DNA from: an uncultured Thermoleophilaceae bacterium
Lineage (GTDB): Bacteria > Actinomycetota > Thermoleophilia > Solirubrobacterales > Thermoleophilaceae
Direction of reading: 5' to 3'
DNA length: 64,000 nt
NCBI GenBank assembly: GCA_963848495.1
Contig: CAWKDV010000003.1
Coordinates: 155,057 to 219,056 of the forward strand
The stretch's first letter is position 1, and each line of letters opens with the position of its first letter. This document shows, piece by piece, positions 18,951-28,590 of the stretch. The notes beneath the pieces are model-generated. The model did no database searches. It was not told where the DNA came from and saw nothing but the letters and a program-made list of their open reading frames with translations. Both the position numbers and the translations under genes were made by a program.

Positions 18951-21119
18951 GTGGCGCCGGGTACGCAGCGACCCAGTGCGCCCCGGCTGATCCTCCTGCT
19001 CGCCCTGGCCGTCTCCGGTTGGTGCACCTGCGGCAGCGCGCTGGCGGGCACGGCGGCGCCGGGCGCGCCGAGCAGCCCGCCCGACTGGGCGCCGGCAAAC
19101 AAGGACGGCTTCGGCACCGCCACCGGCACGCAGAGCAAGGTCTGGTACACGCTCCAGAACGGCGAGCTGACCGAGGTCTACAACCCGAACCTCGGCACTC
19201 CGAGCGTGCGCGACCTGCAGTTCATCGTCTCGGACGGGAAGACCTTCGCCGAGCGTGAGACCGCTGCGACGCGCCACCGCCTCCGCCTGGCCGACCCCCG
19301 CAGCCTCACCTACACGCAGATCAACACGGGCCGGGACTACCGGCTGACCAAGACCTACGTGACCGACCCTACGCGCAGCACCCTGCTCGTGAAGGTCCAC
19401 TTCCGGTCGCTCACGGGCAAGCGGCTCAAGCTCTACGTGCTCTACGACCCGTCGCTCTCGAACGACGGCAGCGATGACTCCGGCACGACCTCGGGGAGCA
19501 CGCTGCTCGCGTCGGACGGCTCCACGGCCAGCGCCCTCAGCGCCTCCCCCGCCTTCAAGCGCAGCTCCAACGGCTATCTCGGCACGAGCGACGGCTGGCA
19601 GGACCTGAAGGGCGACTTCCACATGGACTGGACCTACCCCTCCGCGCCCAAGGGCAACCTGGTGCAGACGGCGCAGACCAGGCTCACCGGCCTGCGCGGA
19701 AGCCGCGACATGACGCTCGCGCTCGGCTTCGGGGACACGACGAAGGCCGCGTCCGCCGCGGCCGGCGGATCGCTGAGCGACGGCTTCGGCGAGATCTCGT
19801 CCGCCTACGCCGCCGGCTGGCACCGCTACCTCGCCGGGCTCAGCCCCGAGCCGGCAAGCGCCAAGCCGTTCGGCCCGGAGTACGACGTCTCGCTGATGAC
19901 CCTGGCCGCCCACGAGGACAAGACCTACCGCGGCGCGTTCATCGCCTCGCCCACGATGCCCTGGGTCTGGGGCCAGGGGCTCGAGCAGCCCGTGTCGGGC
20001 GCCTACCACCTGGTCTGGGCGCGCGACCTCTACCAGATCGCGACAGGGCTGCTGGCAGCCGGCGACCGTGCCGCCGCCGAGCGCGCGCTCGGCTACCTGT
20101 TCGACCGCCAGCAGAAGGCCGACGGCTCGTTCCCGCAGAACACGACAGTCGACGGCACGCCGCACTGGGGCAGCCTCCAGATGGACGAGGTCGGTGACCC
20201 GATCCTGCTCGCCTGGCAGCTCGGCCGCACGGACTCGGCCACCTACTCGGCCCACATCAAGCCCGCCGCCGACTTCATCGTGGCCAACGGCCCCTCCTCC
20301 CCCGAGGAGCGCTGGGAGAACCAGGCGGGCTGGTCGCCGGCCACGATCGCCGCCGAGGTGGCGGCCCTGGTCTGCGCCGCCGACATAGCGCGCCACAACG
20401 GCGACACGGCCTCGGCCGACAGGTACGACGCGATCGCGGACGACTGGCAGAAGAACGTCGACGCCTGGACCGCCACGACCAACGGCCCGTACTCGCCGAA
20501 GCCCTACTACCTGCGCCTGACCAAGGACGGCAAGCCGAACGCGGGCACCCCCTACTCGGTCGGGGACGGCGGCCCGTCGGCGGCGGACCAGCGCTCGATC
20601 GTGCACCCGAGCTACCTGGAACTGGTGCGGCTCGGCCTCAAGGCGCCCGACGACCCGACCGTGCTCAACACGATGTCGGTGGTCGACTCCAAGCTCGGCG
20701 TCTCCACGCCGAACGGCACCTTCTGGCATCGCTACGAGTTCGACGGCTACGGCGAGACGCGCGACGGCGGCCCCTGGAACACGAGTGACCCGGACACGTT
20801 CGGGACGACCGGGCGGATCTGGCCGATCTTCGCGGGCGAGCGAGGCGAATACGAGCTGCTCGCCGGCCGCTCGGCCGGTTCACAGCTGGCGGCTCTCGCC
20901 GGCGCCGCCAACGACGGCTACCTGATCCCCGAGCAGGTGTGGGACGACAACCCGCCGTCGGGACAGCCCGGCTTCCAGCGCGGCGAGGGCAGCTTCTCGG
21001 CCACGCCGCTGGCCTGGTCCCACGCGCAGTTCGTGAGGCTCGCCTGGTCGATCCAGGCGGGCCACCCGGTGGAGCAGCCGCGGATCGTGGCCTGCCGCTA
21101 CAGGGCAGCCTGCAAATAG
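18951..21119 (+). CDS. Secreted GH15 glucoamylase/glucodextranase-like glycoside hydrolase
   Basis: Signal-like N-terminus, then a glucodextranase-type N-domain (KVWYTLQNGELTEVYNPNLGTPSVRDLQF). The (alpha/alpha)6 catalytic region carries WARDLYQ and ERWENQAGWSPATIA. Confidence 0.8.
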   Translation: MAPGTQRPSAPRLILLLALAVSGWCTCGSALAGTAAPGAPSSPPDWAPANKDGFGTATGTQSKVWYTLQNGELTEVYNPNLGTPSVRDLQFIVSDGKTFAERETAATRHRLRLADPRSLTYTQINTGRDYRLTKTYVTDPTRSTLLVKVHFRSLTGKRLKLYVLYDPSLSNDGSDDSGTTSGSTLLASDGSTASALSASPAFKRSSNGYLGTSDGWQDLKGDFHMDWTYPSAPKGNLVQTAQTRLTGLRGSRDMTLALGFGDTTKAASAAAGGSLSDGFGEISSAYAAGWHRYLAGLSPEPASAKPFGPEYDVSLMTLAAHEDKTYRGAFIASPTMPWVWGQGLEQPVSGAYHLVWARDLYQIATGLLAAGDRAAAERALGYLFDRQQKADGSFPQNTTVDGTPHWGSLQMDEVGDPILLAWQLGRTDSATYSAHIKPAADFIVANGPSSPEERWENQAGWSPATIAAEVAALVCAADIARHNGDTASADRYDAIADDWQKNVDAWTATTNGPYSPKPYYLRLTKDGKPNAGTPYSVGDGGPSAADQRSIVHPSYLELVRLGLKAPDDPTVLNTMSVVDSKLGVSTPNGTFWHRYEFDGYGETRDGGPWNTSDPDTFGTTGRIWPIFAGERGEYELLAGRSAGSQLAALAGAANDGYLIPEQVWDDNPPSGQPGFQRGEGSFSATPLAWSHAQFVRLAWSIQAGHPVEQPRIVACRYRAACK

Positions 21120-21652
21120 CGCGGCGCCGGACTCTCCTCGTCGGCGCGCAGCACCACGATCTCCCCGGGAGCCTGCTCGAGCAGCCAGGCCACGTCCTCG
21201 GCGGAGAAGCCGGAGCTGTTGCGCGTGGCCGCAGGCACGACGAGCCGGTCGTAGCGCTCCTCCGCCAGCAGCCGCCGCAGAGCGTGGCGAGGCGAGCGCC
21301 CCGTCTCGATGCGCGAGTCCACCGGCACCCCCATCCAGGCGGCGCGCTGCTCGATCGCGTCGAGCAGGGGCATCGCGGCCTCGCACTCGCGCGGGAGCGG
21401 CGCCTCGAGCGAGAGGTGGAGGGGCACCGTGACGACGTAGACGGGCACGAGCGTGGCTCCCTCCGCGCGCGCCAGGCGCAACGTGGCGTCGAGCGCCGGG
21501 CGCGACACGGTGTCGCCGAGGAAGGGGAACAGGATCCGCCCGGCGGGCGGCGTGATGCGGTTCGGCGCCTTCTCCGGATGGCGCCAGCGCAGCGCCAGTA
21601 CGACGAGGCCGGCCACGACGAGGACGGCGACGACTATCAGGACCACGATCAC
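21098..21652 (-). CDS. Membrane-anchored universal-stress-protein-like protein, last gene of the kdp operon
   Basis: The GTG start overlaps the stop of the KdpD-N gene (GTGA). One TM segment (VIVVLIVVAVLVVAGLVVLAL), then a Usp-like fold (ILFPFLGD..., LVVPA, GEIVVLR). Confidence 0.65.
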   Translation of the reverse strand: MIVVLIVVAVLVVAGLVVLALRWRHPEKAPNRITPPAGRILFPFLGDTVSRPALDATLRLARAEGATLVPVYVVTVPLHLSLEAPLPRECEAAMPLLDAIEQRAAWMGVPVDSRIETGRSPRHALRRLLAEERYDRLVVPAATRNSSGFSAEDVAWLLEQAPGEIVVLRADEESPAPRYLQAAL

Positions 21653-22761
21653 GCCGGCTCCTTTCCGTTCGTGCGCTGGGTGCGGTCGGTGACGATGCGG
21701 ATGTCCACACCGGGCATGTGCTCGAGCAGCTTCTCCGGCAGCGACACGCCGAAGCGGCGCAGGCCGGCGGCGGAGCGCGGCTTGCCGATCAGCACGTAGG
21801 TGGTGCCGCGCTCGGCGCCCACCCGCCCGGCCGTCTCCGCCACGTCGCGGCCCTCCTCGACGATCAGGTGCGCGCCGAGGGCGGCCGCCAGCTTGCGCAG
21901 CGCGGCGAGCTGCTCCTGCTCGTCCCCATTCGGCGACGAGCCGGGCTTCTTCACGTAGAGGAGGTCGAGCTCGGCGCCGAGCCGCTGCGCCGAGCGCCAG
22001 GCGCGCCGCGCCAGCCGCTGCGACGACGGGCGCGCGGCCACGAGCGCGAGGAGGCGCTCGCCGACGGCCTGGGACGACGCCCCGGCCACCCGGTCCTCGC
22101 GGGTGCTCGCCGGCTCGGGGACGATGCGCTTGGCCTCGACGTCCTCCGCCACCTGGCGCAGCGCCACCTCGCGCAGCGCCGCGAGGTTCTCCAGCTTGAA
22201 GAAGTTGTTGAGCGCCGCTTCCACGCGCGCCTGCGGGTAGACCTTCCCCTCCTGGAGGCGCTGGATGAGCGCCTGCGGAGTGAGGTCCACGAGCACGACC
22301 TCGTCGGCGGTGGCGAGCACGGAGTCCGGGAAGGTCTCGCGCACGCGCACGCCGGTGAGCTCGGCCACCTGGTCGTTGAGGCTCTCGAGGTGCTGCACGT
22401 TCACGGTGGAGAAGACGTCGATGCCGGCGGCCAGCAGGTCCTCGATGTCCTGGTAGCGCTTGTCGTGCTCTAGACCGGGCGGGTTCGTGTGGGCGAGCTC
22501 GTCGACGAGACAGAGCTCGGGCGCCCGCTGCAGCACGGCGGGCAGGTCCATCTCGTCGACCGAAGCGTCGCGGTAGGCCACCCGCCGCCGCGGCACGGTC
22601 TCGAGGCCGGCCGCCATCGCGATGGTCTCCGGCCGCTCGTGCGGCTCGAGGTAGCCGAGCACGACGTTGCGGCCCGCCGCCGCCTCGGCGTGGCCCTCCT
22701 GGAGCATGCGGTAGGTCTTGCCGACTCCGGCCGCCATGCCCAGGAAGATCTTGTAGCTCAC
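21649..22761 (-). CDS. Stand-alone KdpD N-terminal sensor domain plus Usp domain (no kinase domain)
   Basis: MSYKIFLGMAAGVGKTYRML...ELAHTN...STVNVQHLESLND matches the KdpD N-terminal P-loop-like domain, followed by a Usp-like region. The ORF ends without TM, GAF or HisKA parts. Confidence 0.85.
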   Translation of the reverse strand: MSYKIFLGMAAGVGKTYRMLQEGHAEAAAGRNVVLGYLEPHERPETIAMAAGLETVPRRRVAYRDASVDEMDLPAVLQRAPELCLVDELAHTNPPGLEHDKRYQDIEDLLAAGIDVFSTVNVQHLESLNDQVAELTGVRVRETFPDSVLATADEVVLVDLTPQALIQRLQEGKVYPQARVEAALNNFFKLENLAALREVALRQVAEDVEAKRIVPEPASTREDRVAGASSQAVGERLLALVAARPSSQRLARRAWRSAQRLGAELDLLYVKKPGSSPNGDEQEQLAALRKLAAALGAHLIVEEGRDVAETAGRVGAERGTTYVLIGKPRSAAGLRRFGVSLPEKLLEHMPGVDIRIVTDRTQRTNGKEPA

Positions 22762-23255
22762 CAGTTCGCCTCTTCCGGCGCTGCGTTGAGACGCTCGCTC
22801 GCCTCAATGATCGCGGCTGCCAGCTCTTCCCGGCTGCCCAGCCCGAACAGCGGCCGCTCGGGATCCGTGAGCAGCAGCACCGCCTGGGCCATGCCCTGCG
22901 GGCGCACCGGCCCGCCGTCGCGCAGCCGCTCCGCCAGGTCGGCGAGCAGTGGGCGTGCCGCGCGCACGTTGCGGCGGTTGACGGGCACCGCGGCGCTGAA
23001 GAGTGGGCGGCGGCTGAGCGCCCCGCGGAGCAGGTCGTCGATCGAATCGGCCACCACGCCACGAGTGCGCTTGGCGGTGAGCTGGCCCGCGCGGAGCGCC
23101 AGCTCCCGGCTCGCGACCGACGAGGCGCCGTTCGCCAGCGCGCGCGTCAGCCGGTCGCGCGACCACCAGACGCGGGTTCTGAGGCCGAAAGCGCGAAGCC
23201 GGCCAAGGCCGACTTCGGTTGCCTGCAGCTCGCCGATGCGCGGGACGGCTTCCAT
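22758..23255 (-). CDS. Hypothetical protein (165 aa), kdp-embedded family, copy A
   Basis: Starts 2 nt after the kdpB stop and overlaps the KdpD-N start by 4 nt. Alignable over ~120 aa with 28591-29010. Confidence 0.65.
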   Translation of the reverse strand: MEAVPRIGELQATEVGLGRLRAFGLRTRVWWSRDRLTRALANGASSVASRELALRAGQLTAKRTRGVVADSIDDLLRGALSRRPLFSAAVPVNRRNVRAARPLLADLAERLRDGGPVRPQGMAQAVLLLTDPERPLFGLGSREELAAAIIEASERLNAAPEEANW

Positions 23256-23257
23256 CG

Positions 23258-25321
23258 CTAGGCCCCGAACACCCCGTGGATCAGCAGGTCGAGCAGCTTG
23301 ATACCGAGGAAGGGCGCGATCAGCCCGCCCAACCCGTAGATCAGCAGGTTCCGCCGCAGGAGCACGGTGGCGCCCACCGGCCGGTAACGCACGCCCCGGA
23401 GCGCCAGCGGCACGAGCAGCGGAATGACCAGCGCGTTGAAGACGACCGCGGAGATGATCGCCGACTGCGGCGTGCCCAGGTGCATCAGGTTGAGCTTGTC
23501 GAGCGGCCCCGTGCTGTGTCCGCTGGCCGCGTAGGTCGCCGCGAACATCGCTGGCAGGATGGCGAAGTACTTGGCCACGTCGTTGGCGATCGAGAAGGTG
23601 GTCAGGGCACCGCGCGTGATCAAGAGCTGCTTGCCTACCTCGACGATCTCGATCAGCTTCGTGGGGTTCGAGTCGAGGTCGACCATGTTGCCCGCCTCGC
23701 GCGCAGCCTGGGTGCCGGTGTTCATGGCCACGCCGACGTCGGCCTGCGCCAGCGCCGGAGCGTCGTTGGTGCCGTCGCCCGTCATTGCCACCAGCCGGCC
23801 GTCGTCCTGCTGCTTCTTGATCAGCTCGAGCTTGGCCTCGGGCGTGGCCTCCGCGAGGAAGTCGTCGACTCCCGCCTCCTCGGCGATCTTCGCCGCGGTG
23901 AGGCGGTTGTCGCCCGTGATCATCACGGTGCGGATGCCCATCGCCCGCAGCTGCTCGAAGCGGTGGCGTATGCCCTCCTTGATCGTGTCCTTCAGGTACA
24001 CGACGCCGAGCACCTGGTTGTCGCGCGCCACGGCGAGGGGCGTACCGCCCTCGCGGCCGATGCGGTCGAGCTCCGGCCTGAGCTCCGGCGGCGCCTGGCC
24101 GCCGTCGGCGGACACCCAGGTGAGGATCGCGTCGCCGGCGCCCTTGCGCAGACGCGTGCCGTCGAAGTCCACACCGCTCATGCGCGTCTCGGCGGTGAAT
24201 GGGACGAAACGCGCCTCGAGCTGGTGCAGGTCGTGCTCGCGCACGCCGAAGGACTTGGCGAGCACGACGATCGAGCGTCCCTCGGGCGTCTCGTCGGCGA
24301 GCGACGAGAGCTGCGCCGCCTCGGCCAGCTCCTGCTCGCTCACGCCCGGCATCGGTATGAACGCGGCGGCCTGGCGGTTGCCGAGCGTGATCGTGCCTGT
24401 CTTGTCGAGCAGCAGCACGTCGACGTCCCCGGACGCCTCCACCGCGCGGCCCGAGAGCGCGAGCACGTTGCGGCGCACCAGCCGGTCCATGCCGGCGATG
24501 CCGATGGCCGACAGGAGCGCGCCGATCGTGGTGGGGATCAGCGCTACCAGCAGGGCGATGAGCGTGGTGACCGACAGCGTGGTGTCCGAGTAGAGCGCGA
24601 ACGGGCGCAGCGACACCACCACCAGCAGGAAGACGAGCGTCAGGCCGGCGAGCAGGATGCCGAGCGCGATCTCGTTCGGCGTCTTGCGCCGCTCGGCGCC
24701 CTCCACGAGCGAGATCATGCGGTCGAGGAAGCTCTTGCCGGGCTCCTGGGTGATCTCGACGACGATCCGGTCGGACAGCACCCGCGTGCCGCCGGTCACC
24801 GCCGAGCGGTCGCCGCCCGCCTCGCGGATCACCGGCGCGGACTCGCCCGTGATCGCCGACTCGTCCACCGAGGCGATGCCCTCGACCACGGTGCCGTCGC
24901 CGGGGATCAGCTCACCGGACTCGACCACCACCATGTCGCCCCTCTCGAGCTCGCTCGCCGGCTTGGTCGCGCCGTCGGTCATGCGCGCCGTGGTCTCGGT
25001 GCGCATCGCGCGCAGAGTGGCCGCCTGGGCGCGGCCGCGCCCCTCGGCCAGGGCCTCCGCCAGGTTGGCGAACACGACCGTCAGCCAGAGCCAGATCGCC
25101 ACGCTGAACGTGAACCACGAGGGCTCGTGGCCGCCACCGAGCGGCTTGCCGCCGAAGAGCTGGATCAGCCAGGCGACGGTGGTGATCACGGCGCCGATCT
25201 CGACGACGAACATCACGGGGTTGCGGAGCTGGATGCGAGGATCGAGCTTGCGGAAGGAGTCGATCGTGGCGGGAACCAGGATCGAGCGCTCGAACAGCGA
25301 CTTCGACTTGCGTTCGCTCAT
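23258..25321 (-). CDS. kdpB: K+-transporting P-type ATPase subunit B
   Basis: [11 protein letters not shown] phosphorylation site, [22 protein letters not shown], and the KdpB-specific tail [17 protein letters not shown]. The ATG overlaps the kdpC stop (ATGA). Confidence 0.95.
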   Translation of the reverse strand: MSERKSKSLFERSILVPATIDSFRKLDPRIQLRNPVMFVVEIGAVITTVAWLIQLFGGKPLGGGHEPSWFTFSVAIWLWLTVVFANLAEALAEGRGRAQAATLRAMRTETTARMTDGATKPASELERGDMVVVESGELIPGDGTVVEGIASVDESAITGESAPVIREAGGDRSAVTGGTRVLSDRIVVEITQEPGKSFLDRMISLVEGAERRKTPNEIALGILLAGLTLVFLLVVVSLRPFALYSDTTLSVTTLIALLVALIPTTIGALLSAIGIAGMDRLVRRNVLALSGRAVEASGDVDVLLLDKTGTITLGNRQAAAFIPMPGVSEQELAEAAQLSSLADETPEGRSIVVLAKSFGVREHDLHQLEARFVPFTAETRMSGVDFDGTRLRKGAGDAILTWVSADGGQAPPELRPELDRIGREGGTPLAVARDNQVLGVVYLKDTIKEGIRHRFEQLRAMGIRTVMITGDNRLTAAKIAEEAGVDDFLAEATPEAKLELIKKQQDDGRLVAMTGDGTNDAPALAQADVGVAMNTGTQAAREAGNMVDLDSNPTKLIEIVEVGKQLLITRGALTTFSIANDVAKYFAILPAMFAATYAASGHSTGPLDKLNLMHLGTPQSAIISAVVFNALVIPLLVPLALRGVRYRPVGATVLLRRNLLIYGLGGLIAPFLGIKLLDLLIHGVFGA

Positions 25322-25905
25322 TTGGCCAGCCTGTCCAGGGCGAGGTTCAGCCCGAGGACGTTGACGCCGGGCTCGCCCAACAACCCGAGGAAGCGTCCGT
25401 CCGTGTTGTCCTTGATCAGCTTCTGCACCGTGCCGAACGGCAGGCTGCGCACGGCCGCGATGCGGTGCGCCTGGATCGCGGCGTTGGCCTGTGAGATCTG
25501 CGGGTCGACGCCGGAGGCGGAGCTCGTCACGGCATCGACGGGGACGTCGTGGGCCGTCAGACCGGGGTCGAAGGGCCGCTCGAGCCTCAGGTACGACTGC
25601 AGGCTCGCCCTGAAGGTGTCCCGCGCGTCCTTGCTGTTCGGCCCGAGGTTGGTGAAGGCGCTGGCCGCGGCGTTGTACTTCGTGAGGGTGGAGGGCCGCC
25701 CCTGGAAGTAGCGCTTGTCGCCCTTGAAGTCCTGGCCAATCAGCTTCGAGCCGACGAGCTTGCCGTTCACGGAGACCTTCTCGCCGTTGGCGCGCCCGTG
25801 GAAGGCGACCTGCGAGGCGCCGGTGACCACCAGCGGGTAGGCGAGCCCGCACAGCACGGTGATGACGAGGACGGCGAGGACGGATGAGATCAGGTCGCGG
25901 CGCAT
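25318..25905 (-). CDS. kdpC: K+-transporting ATPase subunit C
   Basis: Single N-terminal TM, then GSKLIGQ.F....[15 protein letters not shown] and [10 protein letters not shown] blocks colinear with E. coli KdpC as I recall it. Confidence 0.9.
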   Translation of the reverse strand: MRRDLISSVLAVLVITVLCGLAYPLVVTGASQVAFHGRANGEKVSVNGKLVGSKLIGQDFKGDKRYFQGRPSTLTKYNAAASAFTNLGPNSKDARDTFRASLQSYLRLERPFDPGLTAHDVPVDAVTSSASGVDPQISQANAAIQAHRIAAVRSLPFGTVQKLIKDNTDGRFLGLLGEPGVNVLGLNLALDRLAK

Positions 25906-25906
25906 G

Positions 25907-27658
25907 TCAGAAGAGCTGGTTGGTCAGGCCCTGCACGACGGGACCGAGCAGGAGCGCGGGGAAGAAGGTCAGGGCGCCGACGAGGACGATCACTCCGATC
26001 AGCAGCACCACGAACGTCGGCGTGTCGGTGCGCATCGTGCCGGGGCCGGCCGGGTGCACCTTCTTGCCGGCGAGCGCGCCGGCCACGGCGAGCACGAGGA
26101 TGATCGGCGCGAAGCGCGCGAACACCATCGTCAGCCCGCCCATGATGTCGGCGAGCTTCACGCCGTGGGCGCCCACGTTGCCGGCGTTGGGCTGGATGTA
26201 GCCCGTGTAGCCGGCCCAGGCCGAGCCGTTGTTGTTGGCCTGCGACAGGTAGGCGTAGAGGTTCTCGGAGAAGCCGTTCGGGCCGCTGGCTGAGATCGAC
26301 TGCCGCCCGGCCGGGCTGGCGATCGCGGCGCTGGCGGTCATCAAGACGGTGAGGGGGGTGAACAGGGCCGCCAGCGAGACGAGCTTGATGTCCCGCGCGC
26401 CGATCTTCTTGCCGAGGTACTCGGGCGTGCGGCCCACCATCAGGCCGCCGATGAAGACCGACAGGAGGACGAAGATCAGCATCGAGTAGAGCCCGGTGCC
26501 GACGCCGCCGAAGACCACCTCGCTCATGCCGAGGTTCGAGAAGGGCACGGCGCCGCCGATCCCCGTCAGGGACTCCATCGCCCCGTTCACGGCGCCGCAA
26601 GATGTGACGGTTGTGATCGCGGCCCAGAGGCCGGTGTTCGCGATCCCGAAGCGCTGCTCCTTGCCCTCGAGGTTGCCGCCGGTCGAGCCGTGGAAGCTGT
26701 GGGTGCTGACGCCGGCCAGGTGCTGCGCCGGTGTGCCGTGCTGCTCGGCGGTGTAGATCACCGCGACGCCGATCACGAACAGGATCAGCATCGCCGAGAA
26801 GATCGCCCAGCCCTGCCGGCGGCTGCCGACCATGCGACCGTACGTGTACGTGAGCGAGGCCGGGATCGCCAGGATCGCCAGCATCTCGATGAAGTTGGAG
26901 AAGCCGGTGGGGTTCTCGAACGGGTAGGCCGAGTTGGCGTTGAAGAAGCCGCCGCCGTTGGTGCCGAGCTCCTTGATGATCTCCTGCGAGGCCACCGGCC
27001 CGAACGGGATCGACTGCGTGCCGCCGACCAGCGTGTGCGCGGTCGCATAGCTGGCGAAGTTCTGGATCACGCCCTGCGAGACGAGCACGAGCGCACCGAC
27101 GATCGAGATCGGCAGCAGGATGTAGAGGTTGGTCCTGATGAAGTCCTGCCAGAAGTTGCCGAGGCTCTTGCCGCCGCGCGCCCGGATGCCGCGGATCAGC
27201 GCGACCACCACGACGATGCCCACCGCGGCCGAGACGAAGTTCTGCACCGCCAGTCCGGCCATCTGGCTGAAGTAGGTCATCGTCGTCTCGCCGCCGTAGT
27301 ACTGCCAGTTCGTGTTGGTCACGAACGACGAGACGGTGTTGAAGGTCACGTCCCAGGTGCCCGAGTGGAAGCCCTGCGGGTTCCACGGGTGCAGCGTCTG
27401 GGTGCGCAGGATCACGTAGAGCGCGAGCCAGAACAGCCCCGAGAAGACGAGCAGCGTGCGCGCGTAGCGCTTCCAGTCCTGCTCCTCCTCCGGATCGACG
27501 CGGATCAGGCGGTAGATCAGGCGCTCGACGGGCGCGACCACCGGCGTGAGGAACACGCGCTCCCCCGAGAAGACCTTGGCCATGTAACCGCCGAGCAGCG
27601 GCACGATGGCCGTCAGCACGACCAGGAAGAGGACGATCTGGAGCCAGCCCTGGGGCAT
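25907..27658 (-). CDS. kdpA: K+-transporting ATPase subunit A
   Basis: 583 aa. KdpA hallmarks FVTNTNWQYYGGE and NGGGFFNANSAYPFENP. Confidence 0.95.
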   Translation of the reverse strand: MPQGWLQIVLFLVVLTAIVPLLGGYMAKVFSGERVFLTPVVAPVERLIYRLIRVDPEEEQDWKRYARTLLVFSGLFWLALYVILRTQTLHPWNPQGFHSGTWDVTFNTVSSFVTNTNWQYYGGETTMTYFSQMAGLAVQNFVSAAVGIVVVVALIRGIRARGGKSLGNFWQDFIRTNLYILLPISIVGALVLVSQGVIQNFASYATAHTLVGGTQSIPFGPVASQEIIKELGTNGGGFFNANSAYPFENPTGFSNFIEMLAILAIPASLTYTYGRMVGSRRQGWAIFSAMLILFVIGVAVIYTAEQHGTPAQHLAGVSTHSFHGSTGGNLEGKEQRFGIANTGLWAAITTVTSCGAVNGAMESLTGIGGAVPFSNLGMSEVVFGGVGTGLYSMLIFVLLSVFIGGLMVGRTPEYLGKKIGARDIKLVSLAALFTPLTVLMTASAAIASPAGRQSISASGPNGFSENLYAYLSQANNNGSAWAGYTGYIQPNAGNVGAHGVKLADIMGGLTMVFARFAPIILVLAVAGALAGKKVHPAGPGTMRTDTPTFVVLLIGVIVLVGALTFFPALLLGPVVQGLTNQLF

Positions 27659-27748
27659 CTAGAAACGCTCCCCGCGGACCAGCGCGTAGACCAGGTAGAT
27701 GAAGACGACGGCCGATACGGCGAGGCCGAACGCGTCGGCCCCGCTCAT
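27659..27748 (-). CDS. kdpF: K+-transporting ATPase subunit F (29 aa), below the ORF-track length cutoff
   Basis: Manual translation gives MSGADAFGLAVSAVVFIYLVYALVRGERF. The TAG stop abuts the kdpA ATG. A single TM with the ...Y.L..P/GE.F ending typical of KdpF. Confidence 0.8.
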   Translation of the reverse strand: MSGADAFGLAVSAVVFIYLVYALVRGERF

Positions 27749-27825
27749 ATCCGCTCCAACAGGTTGAGGCTGAAGATGAGGATGGCGAAGGCCGCCACTC
27801 CCATCGCAATCGCCAGTGCATCCAT
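27745..27825 (-). CDS. Candidate 26-aa hydrophobic micro-protein coupled to kdpF
   Basis: Manual translation gives MDALAIAMGVAAFAILIFSLNLLERI. Its TGA overlaps the kdpF ATG (ATGA). G/C-rich third positions. No family recognised. Confidence 0.4.
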   Translation of the reverse strand: MDALAIAMGVAAFAILIFSLNLLERI

Positions 27826-27885
27826 CACGACTTCGATGATGGGATGCGCGGCGTTACGGCGGCATAGAGATTCGGCCGCCCGGTA

Positions 27886-27891
27886 TGTCAA
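27886..27891 (-). promoter_or_regulatory. TTGACA -35-like hexamer in the 78-nt kdpE / kdp-structural-gene spacer
   Basis: The minus strand reads TTGACATACCGGGCGGCCGAATCTCTATGCC about 60 nt upstream of the micro-ORF ATG. The -10 element is not clear. Confidence 0.3.
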
Positions 27892-27903
27892 TCGCGGTAC
27901 AGC

Positions 27904-28569
27904 TCAGGCTTCGATGCGGTAGCCGACGCCGGGATCGGTGTGGATCAGCTCCTTGCCGACCCTGGAGCGCAGGCGCGCGATCGTCGTCCGCAGAACCTGT
28001 GTGTCGTCGGCGTAGCCCGGTCCCCAGACCTCGCTCAGCAGGGTTCGGTGTGTCATCAGCCGGCCCCGGTTCACAGCCAGCACGCGCAGCAGTTCGAACT
28101 CGGTCTTCGACAGATGGAGCTCCTCACCGTCGCGTGTGACGCGGTGTCCGGCGAGGTCGATGATCAGCCCGTCGGCGTCGATCATCGGGTCCTGCGCGGC
28201 GCCGCGCACACGGCGCAGGGCCGCCTTGAGGCGAGCGATCAGCTCCGGTGGGCTGAAGGGCTTGGTCACGTAGTCGTCCGCGCCGGCGTCGAGCGCTCGC
28301 ACCTTCTGCTGCTCCTCCCCCACGGCCGAGAGCACGATGATCGGCATCTCGCTCCACTCGCGCAGGCGCCGGCAGACCTCGATGCCGTCGATGTCGGGCA
28401 GCAGCAGGTCGATGATGGCCGCGGCCGGCGTGTGCAGCGCGGCGGCGTCGAGCGCCTCCTCGCCGTTGGCCGTGGCCACCACCTCGAAGCCCGCGTCGCG
28501 GAGGACGACCTTCAGGGCCCGCAGGATCTGCAGCTCGTCGTCGCAGATCAGGACGCGCTCGCCGGCCAT
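27904..28569 (-). CDS. kdpE: OmpR-family response regulator KdpE
   Basis: Receiver domain (VLICDDELQILRAL..., DLLLPDIDG) plus an OmpR winged helix (LSKTEFELLRVLAVNRGRLMTHRTLL). Lies in the kdp locus. Confidence 0.85.
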   Translation of the reverse strand: MAGERVLICDDELQILRALKVVLRDAGFEVVATANGEEALDAAALHTPAAAIIDLLLPDIDGIEVCRRLREWSEMPIIVLSAVGEEQQKVRALDAGADDYVTKPFSPPELIARLKAALRRVRGAAQDPMIDADGLIIDLAGHRVTRDGEELHLSKTEFELLRVLAVNRGRLMTHRTLLSEVWGPGYADDTQVLRTTIARLRSRVGKELIHTDPGVGYRIEA

Positions 28570-28590
28570 CGAATGCGAAGCGTATTCGCG

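Noticed and set aside
18621-20729. 702-aa ORF on the minus strand
   Set aside because: It is antisense to a clearly homologous GH15 gene. The product is Arg/Gly/Ala-rich low complexity, the usual stop-poor shadow ORF of very high-GC DNA.
23219-25711. 830-aa ORF on the plus strand
   Set aside because: It is antisense to kdpB, whose motifs are unambiguous. The shadow-ORF composition is dominated by R/G/A/E/D.
27826-27903. Riboswitch (for example the c-di-AMP class) upstream of the kdp structural genes
   Set aside because: The spacer is only 78 nt and shows no extended conserved structure. A promoter-like TTGACA is the only signal.
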